64,000 nt of DNA from contig NC_043004.1 in assembly GCF_006345805.1 (NCBI RefSeq), positions 58,590,001 through 58,654,000 on the forward strand, read 5' to 3'. The notes below the pieces were generated by a model. The model was not told where the DNA came from and searched no databases. It was given only the letters and a program-made list of their open reading frames with translations. Made by a program: the position numbers and the translations under genes. Positions 11,337-24,754 of this stretch are shown one piece after another. The DNA is from Octopus sinensis (Eukaryota). The stretch's first letter is position 1. The number at the start of each line of letters is the position of its first letter.

Positions 11337-14079
11337 ATTTGCAAGAGAGAAAAATGCTAATGAATTATATATCTTTTAAAGATATATCTTATAAAACAAT
11401 TATCAAATATTTTCTAGTCGATCTATCGATGGCTAGGTTGACAGTTGACATCCCATTATTTGCGCTGTTCTATATATCATATGAAGGCACTTAACTTTTA
11501 GTGGCCTTGTTTACATAGCTTAAGTGGGTACTATAAGCTAGAACGGCTCATTGCTGTTGCAACTGTAGAATTATGTGATTAACACATTTTAAGCAAGGAC
11601 AAAATTGATTTGTTCTAAAATCCCATCAAAAACTCTTTAGGAATGTCCCAGTGAGTCACTGGTTTATGAGACTCACCAAAATCCCAATGAACGTGTCATA
11701 TTTAAAATTTTGAATATGATCTCTAATGTTGTTATCCCATTATGAAGTTAACATCTATAATTAAGAAAACTTTTTTGTAACCTTCCTGATGTAAAGTTTT
11801 CATTTTGTCAGACTTCAAAAACAAATACTTTTGCAAATATCTTATCTTTTACACATTAATTTTATAGAACTCTAAACAGTCAAAAAATGGATGATTATAA
11901 ATCCATGTTTATTTATTACTTTCTGCATATTTTTATATCAAATATCAATAGTTTCATATTTTGGCTCAAAGCCAGCAATTTTAGGGGAGTGGTAATTTGA
12001 TTGCATCATTCCAGTTCTCAATTGGTACTCATCCCAAAAGGATGAAAGGCTGAAATTTGAAACTATGATATCAAAACATTTTGATTCCCATACTTTTCTT
12101 CTGTTTCTTCTTGAGAAATTGGTGATAGTTTATTTGTTCAAATTAACCATTTGAATTTTTACTAGTCTAATGCCTTAATTTAAATCATTACTTACAGAAA
12201 TGAATTTTTATTAGTGATGTAGCTCAAAGTGAATTCATCTATATGTAACTTATTTTACAAACTTAGGCATCCAAGGGGTTTGCAACCCAATGCATCATTA
12301 ACTATCACTTATAAATTAATTTAATTTGTGACACATTATTAATAAAGACTTATTTATATATTTTTTGATGCACCTACATTTTGAATTTACAATATAAACA
12401 AACTTTCTTACCTCTAAGATTAAAGCATTTAATTTGACTAGGGAAAGTTAGAAGGTTGTTTTAATTTAACTGGTAGCACACCTATCTGGGTTACAGAAGA
12501 TGTATAGTTCATGTTTGCTTTTTCATTCAAGGAGTTTTTAAGCTAATATATTATAAGCTATTATTTATTTCTGAATTTATTTCCAAATTCTTTGTTAACC
12601 AAAGATTATTTACAGTTCTCTTTTGTGTTTGCATTTGCATTCTAAATATTAATTATTTTTAAAGTGGTAATTATTTATTTATGTGTATATGCCACTAATC
12701 TCTATTGAGAGTGTATTTCATACATCAGATAAAGATCTTTTTTGATAAATTCATTTGAAATAAAAACAAAAACTGTCTACATAACAGTGATGTTATTTCT
12801 GAATCTGACAGAGGAATATCTTACAGTATATTTTACTAAATCAGTATAGTAAATCCTCAGAAGAATACAATGCATTTAAGATTTTTAAATGTCTTATATG
12901 TTCCTTATTTTTAAATTGATCTTATTCTTCTTTCTACATATCAGTAAAATTCTACAGTAAAAAATCCAAAGAGATTAGAAGTGATTAGCAGTTGATTTTG
13001 ATATGTCTACCATGGATAATCTCTCTCAAATTCAGGTTTACACGTTTATCATTCACAGTGTTCAGTAAATCCAAATGATAATTTAAAATTACAATAAGTA
13101 AAGGTTTGTTGATAAATATTACAATTTTACTGATTTATACAACCAGATGGTAATACATTTAAGGTCTTCTAATCCAAATGTTTTACCTGATATAATATTC
13201 AATTCAGATACATACAAGACTAAGAACTAGCTCTGATCAGCTTTACTCTCTTGCTATGAGGAATTATATCAAAACGTCTTGACAAATTTCAATAGTTTTG
13301 TGCATTATAAAAGCTTTAACAGGTATACCTATGTATTTTGTTGCTTTGCCAATTTGATGACAGCATTCAAACAAAATAAAAATAACATAAAATTGAAAAT
13401 GTTGAAACTCACAAAAAATTTATATTGTAAGCAGAGTATAATGTTACATATATAAGCATTACAAAGGGGTAAAAATCAGTTGAATATTACAGGAGAAGGG
13501 AAAGTTAGACATGGGTTTTTCAGAATGACAAGTGAAGTTTTTACCATGAGAAATAAGTATATTTGGAATATATTAAATGTAACTTGCTATGGGATTCAAT
13601 TAGGAGATTAAAAATAAAACATAGTGAAAATTATATTACAAATGTTTTGTATGGACTTAGTTTTTTAATGTTTTTATATCTTTTTAATGGTTTCTGAAAC
13701 ATGAGTTATTTACTTGATAATAGTGCATGTTGGGAGACTTTCTGACTTTGTCTGCTCAACTTGAACCTAAAAATAACGACTATTCTATAAGATTAATGTA
13801 CTTTATTCAACAAAGCAAAAATATCAGTAATCATGACATAGTTTTAACTCAGCATAGATTTAATTCAACAATGATACATACTAAAATAATTTAAATTTTT
13901 TAAAATTTGTACTCTGTTGAAAATAGCTCTAAAATAATTAGGCAAAGCTAAGTACAAAATTTCTGCAAAAATTAAGAGCAGAATGGCCACAAACTTGGTT
14001 CCTTTCCTTATGAGTAAACACTAATGTAATGTATTGCCTAATGAATAAAAGAATCATTCATTACATAAAATTAATCCAA

Positions 14080-14105
14080 GTGTGTGTGTGTATATATAGA
14101 GAGAG

Positions 14106-14186
<81 letters not shown>

Positions 14187-14222
14187 TACATACATACATA
14201 CATACATACATACATACATACG
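14080..14222. repeat. Compound (GT)(TA)(GA)(GATA)(GACA)(CATA) microsatellite; similar at 42541-42620
   Basis: Direct reading. Confidence 0.95.
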
Positions 14223-14353
14223 TGTGTGTAAGTCTCTATCAGTCAGAACTGACTACTTAACTTTTGTGTATGCAGACCTGGGCAACTATATTTTTATTGA
14301 AGACTGGCAGCTTTTCCTACACCATCAATGTTGCATAAAAGAAAAACTGCCAT

Positions 14354-14760
14354 TTTACAAGGATCAGCTGAAAAGTTCATAAGCTGACCAAGACACTCTC
14401 GTGGAATGTGACCAAATGAGATATATTTTTCAGTATGGTTCCCCTTGTGATCCACACACTTCTTCCATTGGTGTTGCAGTGCTTGGATCCCATTGGTGAA
14501 GAAACTTTCATCCTGTTGCTCAAAAATGTTAACAGCAGATATGACATAATTATCACTGTGGTACTGATTCCCAGCCAAGTGAGGTTTATTTTCATGTCGG
14601 GGAATAGATGATAATCAGATGAGGCCAAGTCAGAAGAATAGGGAGGCTGATCAACCAGTTCAAAATCCCAATCATGCACAGCAGCCATTGAAACTAAGAA
14701 CTTGTATGTTGTGGCATTGTCCTAATGAAACAAGACCCTTTTGTCAGTTTTCTAATTAAG
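14354..14760 (-). mobile_element. Tc1/mariner transposon 3' remnant
   Basis: Minus-strand FELVDQPPYSSDLASSDYHLFPDMK (mariner YSPDLAPSDY motif) and FFTNGIQALQHQWKKCVDHKGNHTEK. A TIR-like end TACAAGGATCAGCTGAAAAGTTC lies at ~14354. Frameshifted. Confidence 0.85.
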
Positions 14761-14996
14761 CTTAGCACCAATGACATTTCAGGCACTGCTGTCACTTACT
14801 AATTGGTGGAACAAATAACACAAAGCATTTTGTCAGAAACTCTAACAGTTTCACTAAGTCACCTCCTGTGATGCATTATATCCAACACTCTGACAATACT
14901 ACCGATTTTGATGTCTTAATCTGATATAACAATTCAGAAAATATATAATTTTGAATCTCAAAAGTCTAGTATGTGACTGATATTTCAAAACATCAG

Positions 14997-15210
14997 GTGG
15001 TGAGTTGGCAGAAGTGTTACTACACTGGAAAAAATGCATAGCAGTATTTCCTCTGTCTTTGTGTCCTGAGTTCAAATATTGCCAAGGTTGACTTTGCCTT
15101 TCATCTTTTTGAGGTTGATAAAGAAGGTTCAAGTTGAGCACTGGGGTCAATGTAATCGATTTACCCCCTCCCCAGAATTGCTGGCCTTATGCCAAAATTT
15201 GAAACCAATA
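14997..15210 (+). mobile_element. SINE family B, diverged (another at ~1813-1950)
   Basis: GAGTTGGCAGAA...GAGTTCAAATATTGCCAAGGTTGACTTTGCCTTTCATC. Confidence 0.75.
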
Positions 15211-15427
15211 TTTAAAAGCATCTCTTTAAAAATAAACAATTTTTAACATATAAGAATTATGTTGAGACTCATATGGAGTACAATATCTGGCTTGGAATTA
15301 ATTGAGGCGAAAATAAATATTTCTGTAAATATGCTAAACATGTGATGAAATGAGATCAATAAACTCATTTAATAAAAGGTTTTAGCAGATATTAATTAAC
15401 TCTTTACTATAAAAACCGACCATATCA

Positions 15428-15848
15428 GCATAGGAGTGGCTGTGTGGTAAGGAGCTTGCTTACCAGCCACATGGTTCCGGGTTCAGTCCCACTGCGTGGC
15501 ACCTTGGCCAAGTGTCTTCTACTATAGCCTCGGGTCGACCAAAGCCTTGTGAGTGGATTAGGTAGATGGAAACTGAAAGAAGCCCGTCGTATATATGCAT
15601 ATATATGTATATATGTGTGCGTGTGTGTTTGTGTGTCTGTGTTTGTTCCCCTAGCATTGCTTGACAACCGGTGCTGGTATGTTTATGTCCCCGTCACTTA
15701 GCAGTTCGGCAAAAGAGACCGATAGAATAAGTACTGGGCTTACAAAGAATAAGTCCCAGGGTCGATTTGCTCGACTAAAGGCAGTGCTCCAGCTTGGCCG
15801 CAGTCAAATGACTGAAACAAGTAAAAGAGTAAAAAGAGTAAAAGAGTA
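15428..15848 (+). mobile_element. SINE family A
   Basis: Colinear with 10939-11336. Confidence 0.9.
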
Positions 15849-16489
15849 TATCTGGCCAAAATATTCTACTTGTTTTACGTTCAAACTAGCCAGACCCAAC
15901 TTCTCATACCTACCCAACAATATAATTCTAAAAATTAACAGTTACCTCACCAAATTTCAAAGCCACAAGATATGCATGATTGATGTAAATAAAGTATTAC
16001 TTTTAATAATGTATAATGTGAATGCAAAAGAGCTAAATACATTTTTCTAAATAGAACATTAAGCAATAAGAGTTAGAATTTCTTCTCATAAATGACACAG
16101 CTCTCTGCAGAATCAATTTAAAAAGCAACCCATAAAAGTTAAAACTGAGGAATCAGTTAAAAATATGCTACAGGGTTAATGTTATCAAAATGGATCTAAT
16201 TGGATGAATTTCTTGGGTAACGGATATGAGTTTCTTGTAAGTAAAAGAATGTCTGAATCAATTCTCTTGATCAGTATCAGTCATATTAGTTGTCTGAATT
16301 CATATTTTAGTCCTTATAAAAGGTAGTTTTTCAATACATATTAAAATAAATTTTTGTTTAGTAAATTATTTTCTGTAGGGTTAGGAAAATCATTCAGACA
16401 TAGAAAACATACCAAATCTGAAATTGAAGCTTGGTGCTGCTCTGCAGCTTGTTGCATTCTGTCAAACTGGTCAATGCATGCCAACATCA

Positions 16490-16710
16490 TCATCATCATC
16501 ATCGTTGTTTAACATCCGCTTTTCATGCTAGCATGGGTTGGACTATTTGACTGAGGACTGGCAAACCAGATGGCTGCACCAGGCTCCAATCTTGATCTGG
16601 CAGAGTTTCTACAGCTGGATGCCCTTCCTAACGCCAACCACTCTGAGAGTGTAGTGAGTGCTTTTACGTGCCATGGCACAAGGGCCAGTCAGGTGGTACT
16701 GGCAAAATGA
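16490..16710 (-). mobile_element. Family E copy
   Basis: Same tail motif in reverse complement. Confidence 0.82.
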
Positions 16711-17557
16711 ATTTTAAATGACGAGGAGGAGGAAGAGGAGGAGAATATAGATATCATTTTAGTATGTTATGACCTATTTTTGTATTGAATTTTCATTTTT
16801 GCAAAAATTAATAATTTCAAATTTCACCACATAAAATTAAATTATTAGTATTTCTTAGTTTTGAGAAAAATACAATTTTCAATGCATTTTAAGCATATAA
16901 ACAGTTGTTTACATTTTAATATCTTACATTGCATTTGCAGATAAAGCCATCTTAATGATTGAAAATTAGTTTAAAAAACCCATAAAAATTATATACAAAA
17001 ACAATTCTTCTGAAAATCACTGAAATTACTTTCAAAATATTTTAGTGCTAATTTCAGCATTTAGTTGATCTGAAAATATTTAATGAAACATATTAGTATG
17101 TTCAAAATTAAAATTAAAATATAGCGTCTTAAGATAACTTGCAAATCAGAATATGTTAATTCTAAATATGAAAAATATGTATATTACTTTGAAACAAATA
17201 TAGTCTTAAAACTAATTGGCTAGTGGTGATCTGTATGCATGCTTGGCATACTGCAAGATGAAATAGAAACTACAAAGCCCCTCACCTTGACAATTTCCCA
17301 TTTCACTGACATACACCATTTTTTTTTTACTTATTTCTTTTTTATTTAGTTATTCTTTTATTTGATTCACTCATTGGATTGCAGCCATGCTGGAACACCA
17401 CCTGCAAGGCTTTAGTGGTTATATTTTTTAAAACCCAGTACTTTTTCTATCAGCCTTTTGTTTTTGTTGATTTGCTAAGTCATGTTGACATAAACAAACC
17501 AATACCAGTTGTCAAGCAGTGAGACACAAACACAAACAATCACATATGTACATACAT

Positions 17558-17601
<44 letters not shown>

Positions 17602-17731
17602 TTACAAATACATACATGTGTGTATACATATATATATATATATATATAAAGTAAATAATATATAATATATGTGTATGTGTGTGTATACATGCATATATGG
17701 GTACAGGACATCACCAACGGTATATATATAT

Positions 17732-17774
<43 letters not shown>

Positions 17775-17776
<2 letters not shown>

Positions 17777-17930
17777 AAGATTCACAAAGAAACAAAAGAT
17801 GAAGACAGGTGGTGTAGACAACAAATAGATGTATTATTAGTGAAAACGTCTTTAACGTTTCGAGCCTATGCTCTTCCACAGAAAGAAACAAGGAGAGAAA
17901 ATAAAGAATGTGTAGTGGCTAGCGATCTAT
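17775..17930 (-). mobile_element. Short (TA)n-embedded repeat, copy 1, with hammerhead-like fold
   Basis: Near-identical to 22203-22370 and partly to 57617-57682 (ATTCACAAA...GACAGGTGGTGTAGACAACAAA.AGATGTATT...GTTTCGAGCCTA...TTCCACAGAAAGAAACAAGGAGAG). Flanked by TA repeats. Confidence 0.7.
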
Positions 17931-17931
17931 C

Positions 17932-17969
<38 letters not shown>

Positions 17970-18914
17970 AAGAAAGAAAGAGAGTGACATACAACAGGCA
18001 TTTGTTCAGTTCCCATCTACCAAATTCACTCACCAGCTTTTAGAAGATGACACTTGATCAAGGTGCCACACACTGTTGTTGAACCTAAAATCACATTACT
18101 GCAAAGTGAACTTCTTAACCATACAGCCAAGTATTGACCTATATACCTATATAATGTGTGAATTCTTTAATTTTTAAATATACATGATATCTTAAGGCAA
18201 ACGCTTATTTTATTATTTCAGTAGTTTCATATTTAAGATTGAAATTTATTTTTATAACATTCTTTCATTATTGTAAATTTTTTCTTGATTATATTCTTCA
18301 CGACAAAACTACATTCTTTTTCTTGTTTTGTATTCATATTTATAATACGAAAGCATTTCAAATTATATTATTATTCTTACTGTCTCCAACAGTTATAGAA
18401 AACCATCACTGATATAGAAAGAAAAAAAAACCCTCATAATATAGATTTGTGGTGTGTCATCTAACAGACACTAAGATGACACTGAGCAATATATAACAAT
18501 ATTTTTATCCACTCTTATATAATGATTGTTCAGTCACACGATATTTCCTCTCTTCTTTCCAAATAACTTGTCATCAGCTATTTGCATTTTGTTATAAAGC
18601 AAATATTAGTGCCAGTGACATGAAGCAATGGTGGCACTGCTGATACAGCAGCAGTAGTAGAGGACCACTGGCAGAGTTCTATCACTTGTAGCTATAGCAA
18701 CTTGGCTTTTGTTCTGAAAACATGGTTGGAATTGGAAAGGTTTCAGACTGCAACATATAAAATCATCTGATATAGAAATAGCTCTAATGTAGAAGTAGTT
18801 GTCACAGTACATTATTATTAGTAGCTACGTCAATAATGATAGAATTGTAACAAAAGCACTGCTTTGAAAAATTGGCTTAATTCACTTAAAGATGAACACA
18901 AACATTTTAGATTA

Positions 18915-18979
<65 letters not shown>

Positions 18980-19447
18980 TGTGTTTTTGTGTGTGTGTGT
19001 GTGTGTCTGTGTCTGTGTGTTTATAAAGAAAACAATGTCACTGCGAAAAGATTCAACTATATCAGCAAGTAATAAAAATAAGCCTTAAAATTAAATTAAT
19101 TAATTTTTTTGTTTGATAAATATTTTTATATTTAATTATTTATTGCTTTGTTTATTTGTTTTTTTATGTGTTATATGTTGAACTCAAACAAGTTGGTCCA
19201 ACTCTTTTATTATTCTTACTGGGTTTCAGTCACTAGACTGTGGCCTTGCTGGGGCACTATCCTCGAAGGGGTCTAACTGATTCTATCATGTCAGGCAGAC
19301 CATTTATTTTTCTGTCTGCTAGTTATTTTATAATTATTTGTTGAACTACTAGTTTATGGGACAGAAAGAGACAACATTGTAAACACTGGCACAGATACAT
19401 ATGCACACACATATGTATGTGTGTTTGTGTGTGTGTGTGTGTATATA

Positions 19448-19865
19448 TACTCTCTCTCTTTCTCTTTTACTTGTTTCAGTCATTTGACTGTGGCCATGCT
19501 GGAGCACCGCCTTTTTAGTCGAGCAAATCGACCCCGGGACTTATTCTTTGTAAGCCCAGTACTTATTCTATCGGTCTCTTTTGCCGAACCGCTAGGTGAC
19601 AGGGAGGTAAACACACCAGCATCGGTTGTCAAGCAATGCTAGGGGGACAAACACAGACACACAAACATACACACACACACATGTATATATATACATATAT
19701 ACGACGGGCTTCTTTCAGTTTCCGCCTACCAAATCCACTCACAAGGCATTGGTCGGCCCGGGGCTATAGCAGAAGACACTTGCCCAAGGTGCCACGCAGT
19801 GGGACTGAACCCGGAACCATGTGGTTGGTTAGCAAGCTACTTACCACACAGCCACTCCTGTGCCT
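19448..19865 (-). mobile_element. SINE family A
   Basis: Reverse-complement copy. Confidence 0.9.
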
Positions 19866-20676
19866 CATATATATATATATACATATAACATATTATTATT
19901 ATCATTACTATTTATTAGTTCGTCCACTGTTGTCAACAGTGACCAAGGACATCACATCGGAGAAAATAGCGCATGATGTTTTCAGTCGTGGCCTAGACAG
20001 TTTGATGCATGCTCGAAAGACTCTGCCCCAGGTTGAGCACTGGTGGTCTGTTAAGACTGAAGCAGGTGGTTGGCTCTGGACTTTCATAGCTCATTTTTTC
20101 TTTGTGCTTTTGTAATCCTGTTGTTTGTAGGAGATCGCACCTCTAATGGTGCAGCGTTGCTAGGCAGGTCAGTCTTGTGTCTGTGTTTTCCAGGTGCTGA
20201 GGTTGATCTCAAAGCTCTTCAGTGAGGGCTTTGAGTGTGTCATTGAAGTTCTTTTACTGTCCACCATGCATGCCCTTGCAGTCCATCAGTTTGCTGTAAA
20301 ACAGAATCTTGCGGAGTCTTCATGTCAGGCATTTGAACAAAGTGGCCTGTCCACCTGACTCTCCTCAGCAGTGTCTAAATGCTTGGCATTTCAGCTTGAA
20401 GGAGGACTTCTGTGTCTGAGATCTTGTGTTGCCAGGGGATTTTCGACAGCTTTCTCAAGCAGTTTGGCATTTTGGTGTAGCATTCATAAACTGTCCTAGT
20501 CTCACAGGCATGCAGCAGCACAGGTAGTACAACTTCTTGATGCTCAATCAATTTTGTGACCAGCTTAATGCCTTACCCACACTGATTCACATAGCCACCC
20601 AAACGCTGAGCTTCTTTTTGAAACGTGTGTTGATTTCATCATCAATATTCACAGATCAAAAGAGTGTGCTGCTGGG

Positions 20677-20939
20677 AAAAGATATATCTAGTGAATGTGA
20701 AATGTAAGAAGAAAATTAATGTTTAAATTATATTTAATGATAGATATCACTTACATGAACTAAAGGTGTGTTTCTGCCAATGTTTACATCAGTATGCATA
20801 TTCTATAACCATGTTTACAAGGGGATTTTTAGAAAAAAGAATAAAAAATAGTTCAGAATTACAAAGAAGACAGAATTCCTTGCCTTTATCATAAGGGATC
20901 AAAATTGACAGAATCGACCAATCTAAATTAAATTGTTTA
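20677..20939 (+). repeat. ~262-bp local direct duplication of 22760-23020
   Basis: AAAAGATATATCTAGTGAATG...CTAAATTAAATTGTTTA in both; about 10 differences by eye. Confidence 0.93.
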
Positions 20940-21203
20940 ATGAACTGCTTTTCCTCTGCCTGCAAAAACTTTGGCCTCACAATCAGTACCCAGAAGACAG
21001 AAGTCGTACACCAACCTGCCCCAGAGAAGCCATATGTGGAACAAACCATCACTGTCAGAGGGAAAATGGTTTAGGATTTTCCCTCTGACAGTGATGGTTT
21101 GTTCCACATATGGCTTCTCTGGGGCAGGTTGGTGTACGACTTCTGTCTTCTGGGTACTGATTGTGAGGCCAAAGTTTTTGCAGGCAGAGGAAAAGCAGTT
21201 CAT
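20940..21203. repeat. Inverted repeat, 128-bp arms, 8-nt loop
   Basis: 20940-21067 is the reverse complement of 21076-21203; no mismatch found by eye. Confidence 0.93.
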
Positions 21204-21444
21204 ACTCTATTTCATTTGGGCCCACATGGTAGCACTGAGTGTGCAGCTGTTTGCAAACAAGAAGGCATGCACTGAGTCTTCTTTCACCTTGGTCTTGGTT
21301 TGTAGCCTCCACAGGTTCAAGAGTGCGCCATCAGTCCTGAATCTGATCTTGGTGCTGGTTTCACTGTTGTTTCATAAGGCATCTGACAGCATGGCTGAGA
21401 ACAGCATGCTGAAAAGTGTACGTGCAAGTACACATCCCCGTAAA

Positions 21445-21485
<41 letters not shown>

Positions 21486-21880
21486 ACATTTGTGTACATA
21501 CATGTGTGTGTCTGTATATACATACACTCGTACACATATGTATATATATATGTATGTGAGTATGTACGTATACATATATATATATGTACATACAGACTCG
21601 CACACATGCATGCACACGCACAAGCACACACATGCACACACACAAAGGGTTTCCATACAGATTCCATCGACCAAATTCCATTCACAAGGTACTGGACAAG
21701 CCATATCTAAGAAAGAAGACACTTGCCCCAGGTGCTGAACAGTAGAATCATTCTATATACTTGTATCTATTTAGGGATTCTCTCTCTCTCTCTCTTTTAT
21801 CTTTTACTTTTTTTCTAATTTAACAACCAGTGAATAAATATCCAATTATTTCAAAATGAGAGTGTGTGTGTGTACACACA

Positions 21881-21930
<50 letters not shown>

Positions 21931-21931
21931 G

Positions 21932-21964
<33 letters not shown>

Positions 21965-21989
21965 ATATTATATATATATATATATATAT

Positions 21990-22195
21990 ATCAAGGTGTC
22001 TTATTCACAATTTACAACCAAAAGGCAGAAGTATAGACATCACTGAAGTGATTAAGGGTATAGTTACCACCACCATTGCTAGAAAGAAGAGTGAAAACAA
22101 CTCTTAGCCATGAGAAAGCACTGAGTTGTTTTGATTCTTATTTCTAGCAATGTTGGTGTTAACTAGTCCACTTAGTAACTTTATACACTTAGATA
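21990..22195. mobile_element. MITE-like fold-back element in (TA)n
   Basis: Imperfect ~48-bp arms at 22056-22103 and 22123-22171. Termini ATATCAAGGTGT and ACACTTAGATAT are approximately inverted. Confidence 0.55.
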
Positions 22196-22202
22196 TATAT
22201 AT

Positions 22203-22364
22203 AGGATGAATTCACAAAAAAAAACAAAAGACAGGTGGTGTAGACAACAAACAGATGTATTAGTATAACACTCAGGAAGTGAAAAAGTCTTTAATGTTTC
22301 GAGCCTATACGCTTCCACAGAAAGAAACAAGGAGAGAAAATAAAGAATGTGTAGTGGCTAGTGA

Positions 22365-22370
<6 letters not shown>
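22203..22370 (-). mobile_element. Short (TA)n-embedded repeat, copy 2
   Basis: Homologous to 17775-17930; flanked by TA repeats. Confidence 0.7.
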
Positions 22371-22415
<45 letters not shown>

Positions 22416-24430
22416 TATAAATGGAGTTAGACATAAGTGTTATTCAAATTCTTTTGCTTCTGACACATGTTTCGAAGATATCACTGGTATTATTCCAAAG
22501 GAATAAAATGGTGTATAACAATGTAATCTTCTCATCAGGAAAATGAAGAAATGAAACTCGTCAATAAGACATTTTAACAGAATATGATGGATATGTATAG
22601 TGATTAATTGAATGCTATTAAGTTTTTGTTTAAAAAATGTTAGAAGATATAACGTCAAAGGTAGCCTACAGAAAGAGGAGGGGTAAAGGAAAGAATAAAA
22701 CCAAATAAATGACAAGTATATAACGATATGTAAATTAAATAAAACCCTAAAGTCTTGGAAAAAGATATATCTAGTGAATGTGAAATGTAAGAAGAGAATA
22801 AATGTTTAAATTATATATAATGATAGATATCACTTACATGAACTAAAGGTGTGTTTCTGCCAATGCTTACATCGGTATGCATATTCTATAACCATGTTTA
22901 CAAGGGGATTTTTAGAAAAAAGAATAAAAATAGTCAAAATTACAAAGAAGACAGAATTCCTTGCCTTTATCATAAGGGATCGAAATTGAGAGAATCAACC
23001 AATCTAAATTAAATTGTTTATTGTGGTCTTTTACATACCAAATTAATTTACTAAGACCTGTATTGTTACGTTTATTCCTATCCCTACTTTGGTTCTTCTT
23101 ACTAGTATATGGTAGATGTACCTGATGATTTCAGCTATAGGTATAAATTATTGGAGTAATCTATATTACCTGCAGATATGAAATAATTACACATTTTTTC
23201 TATCTTTGGTAGGTAATCTAGTATACTAACACTCAGTTGTTTATGTTTGCATGTCATTAATTATGTGTGGATTAATGTATTTAAGTGTCACCATATTTGT
23301 GTGTGCGTGTGTGCATTTGTGTTTAGCCATGTGTACAAGTGTGGATAGCTAGATAGATGTAGAGAGAGTAGAAGAGAGGTAGAGAGAGAGAACAAAAGGC
23401 AAGAGAGAAATAAAATAGCAAGCAGAAAGTATATAAAAATCTGTTGAACTGGATAAATTATGTATTTAAAACTTAAAAAAAGCAAATGTAATTTTAATTT
23501 TGGAAGCTTGAGGCAAGAAAGATACAGTCTAATGACTGAAGCAAGTAATAGATAAAGATAATTTCTACACAAGAAAGCTATACTCTTATAGTTACTTGTA
23601 ACATCAAGTAACACCATTATCTGGAAAAACTTAAAATGTTTCATGCCAAATCATGTAACAGGTCATAACACCATGCAGCTCCCCTGCCTACTCACACCTC
23701 AGAAACCCCTTCCTGCTCCTTTCCTCTGTCCTCCTCAGTTCCAAGAGTAACCTCCCCTGCACTTTATATTACTACATTTTCATAATTTTTGTTTTATTTA
23801 GAAATTTTACCTCAGATGGTCAGAGTTTGTATGACACCTTTGCCAAGCTCTTAGCGACAGCCTTGAACTTGTCTCATTAAAACAAAATCTACTGAGAAAG
23901 ATTTTCTATCGGATTCCTCCAGAGGGAGTGGTGATCCATAGTGTATGTGATGTGTTTGACCCTTACATTACTTATTCTTTGTCTGAATATCTGACCATCT
24001 TCATTTGATTCAACATTTGAAGACTTTAATTTTAAAAAAGTAAATATTTTAGCATTTATTTTCTTTTTACTTGCCAGGTTTATATTTTCTATTATAAAAT
24101 AGGAGTCATTTCTAATATGTCAAGATTCAATTTTAAAATATTACTGTGTAAATCAAATACAGTAATGTATCCTCCTTATTTATCAAATGATAATGTTATC
24201 AGTATCAGATGACAGTGTTACTATTAGATAATACATGTATAGACATTTTATAAAATTCTTTCTTAATATGGACAGTACAATAAGCAAGAAAATAAAAAAG
24301 ATAAAAATTATAGGCATCACTAGACAGCTTATCAAGGAATAAATTTTGTATATGAAGACTTAAACGACATTGATTTGATGCAGTTTTAGGGTTGAATATC
24401 TGGATTCTAATATGTGTACATGGTACATAA

Positions 24431-24463
<33 letters not shown>

Positions 24464-24489
24464 CTGTGAGTGTATGTGTGTGTGTGTGT

Positions 24490-24534
<45 letters not shown>

Positions 24535-24549
24535 TATACATATATATAC

Positions 24550-24592
<43 letters not shown>

Positions 24593-24754
24593 TATACATA
24601 TATATACATTTATATATATATATACATTTATGTATATATACATATATATACATAAATGGCGGTGCCCCAGCATGGCCACAACTCATTAGCTGAAACTGGA
24701 AAAAAAAATCAAAAAATCATATATCATATATGTATATACATATGTATGCATGTA

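Larger units (their letters stand above)
19890..21442 (-). mobile_element. Older decayed RTE LINE (RT and 3' end), interrupted by a rearrangement at 20677-21075
   Basis: Minus-strand peptides RGCVLARTLFSMLFSAMLSDAL and MNCFSSACKNFGLTISTQKTEVVHQPAPEKPYVEQTITVRGK align to the 7.6-9.6 kb RT. The frame is broken by stops and frameshifts. The 3' end GGTCACTGTTGACAACAGTGGACGAAC plus simple-repeat tail lies at ~19890-19945. Confidence 0.88.

Noticed and set aside
20971-21738. 255-aa plus-strand ORF
   Set aside because: Chance read-through of the inverted RTE duplication, antisense RTE and microsatellite.
23118-23190. CTGATGA...GAAA spacing (also 6487-6520 and 62520-62560 minus)
   Set aside because: Stems I-III do not pair; not hammerheads.
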